From a virus: DNA of 52,142 nt. How positions within the stretch are numbered: position 1 is the stretch's first letter; the number at the start of each line of letters is the position of its first letter. The stretch lies in IMG/VR virus record IMGVR_UViG_3300045988_100976, one strand, 5' to 3'. The notes under the pieces are model-generated. The model did no database searches, was not told the origin of the DNA, and worked only from the letters and a program-made list of their open reading frames with translations. This document shows, in pieces, positions 51,634 through 52,142 of this stretch. The position numbers and the translations under genes were made by a program.

Positions 51634-51960
51634 ATGGTATTTACAATAACTGGGGAAAATTGGATATTGCAATTTGTACGTCCGAATAGTGAAGAACTGC
51701 GCCGGTCAGATGGTGTATATACGCTTGGCGTTACCGACAATACTACCAAAACGGTAACGATTGCGGATAATCTGTCAGATCGAATGACAGACAAGGTACT
51801 ATGCCATGAACTGACGCACGTTTACAGCTTCGAGAATGGGTGTCACATGGATATGCGCACAGAAGAGATAGTTGCGGACTTTCTGTCTCTGTATGGTCGA
51901 GATATCGTGTACATGGCTGATGATCTGATGAAGATTTTTCCGAGAAAAGTTGCGTACTAA
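51634..51960 (+). CDS. Small HExxH metallopeptidase-like protein (ImmA/IrrE-like layout, 108 aa)
   Basis: TVTIADNLSDRMTDKVLCHELTHVYSFENG contains HExxH after a segment of the type 'I.I...L......'. Confidence 0.5.
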   Translation: MVFTITGENWILQFVRPNSEELRRSDGVYTLGVTDNTTKTVTIADNLSDRMTDKVLCHELTHVYSFENGCHMDMRTEEIVADFLSLYGRDIVYMADDLMKIFPRKVAY

Positions 51961-52043
51961 TTGGCTTTATGTAAACTGAAAAACTGGTTTTTGAAAATCT
52001 TGAGATAAATGCTAAAAAAGATCTGATTTCAAAAAAAATTCAC

Positions 52044-52073
52044 GAAAAAATTTCAAATTGGGGAGAATTTGAA
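52044..52073 (-). terminator. Minus-strand hairpin plus T-run, a candidate 3' end for the transcript of the GC-rich island
   Basis: TTCAAATT/AATTTGAA stem (52052-52059 / 52066-52073), followed on the minus strand by ATTTTTT. Confidence 0.45.
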
Positions 52074-52087
52074 CCCCCCCCGGTATT

Positions 52088-52142
52088 ATTTTACAGGCTC
52101 AAAAACCAAAGCGGCGTTTTTGACTAATTTTACAAAATTTTC
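52088..52142. repeat. Terminal 55-bp direct repeat (copy 2)
   Basis: Identical to bases 1-55. Confidence 0.95.

Overview
The first 55 bp are identical to the last 55 bp, so this window is a closed circular (or circularly permuted) assembly of one temperate, siphovirus-like phage genome with 52087 bp of unique sequence. It is AT-rich with strong AGGAGG-type ribosome-binding sites, which suggests a Firmicutes/Clostridia-type host (inference). Going round the map: (a) 485-1991, a leftward operon of five small genes; (b) 2040-2450, a divergent operator/promoter switch around a small Xre-type HTH gene; (c) 3556-3830, an iteron / polypurine / (TA)n block; (d) 3848-4046, a promoter, leader and terminator in front of a putative small terminase; (e) 4728-8692, a 4-kb accessory island between the small and large terminase genes, holding MazG, zinc-ribbon miniproteins, an HExxH protein and a 919-nt ORF-free structured-RNA region with one canonical tRNA-Gln and two aberrant tRNA-like elements; (f) 8693-30088, the head, tail and fibre genes, with a holin pair and a GH25 endolysin embedded inside the morphogenesis operon; (g) 30459-30960, a CI-like repressor with three TGTAC-N3-GTACA operators; (h) 30978-46933, early genes: Rha/KilAC antirepressor, secreted lytic transglycosylase, Rad50/SbcC-like ATPase, RecT-like annealase, three homing-endonuclease-type genes, a frameshifted MBL-fold gene, a multi-TRD C5 DNA methyltransferase broken by three frame changes (one at a G8 tract), a replisome organizer with helicase loader, and an Xis-like protein; (i) 47007-48417, a tyrosine integrase followed by an attP-like region with 11-bp arm repeats; (j) 48497-51960, a terminator-punctuated cargo cassette of unusual proteins; (k) a GC-rich, repeat-containing non-coding island that spans the contig junction. 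No CRISPR array, rRNA, transposase or reverse transcriptase was seen. The most unusual signals are RNA-level: tRNA acceptor/T-arm mimics placed after three genes of the leftward operon, the tRNA-like scaffolds with abnormal anticodon domains, and the GC-rich island. All functional calls come from reading motifs by eye. No database search was run.
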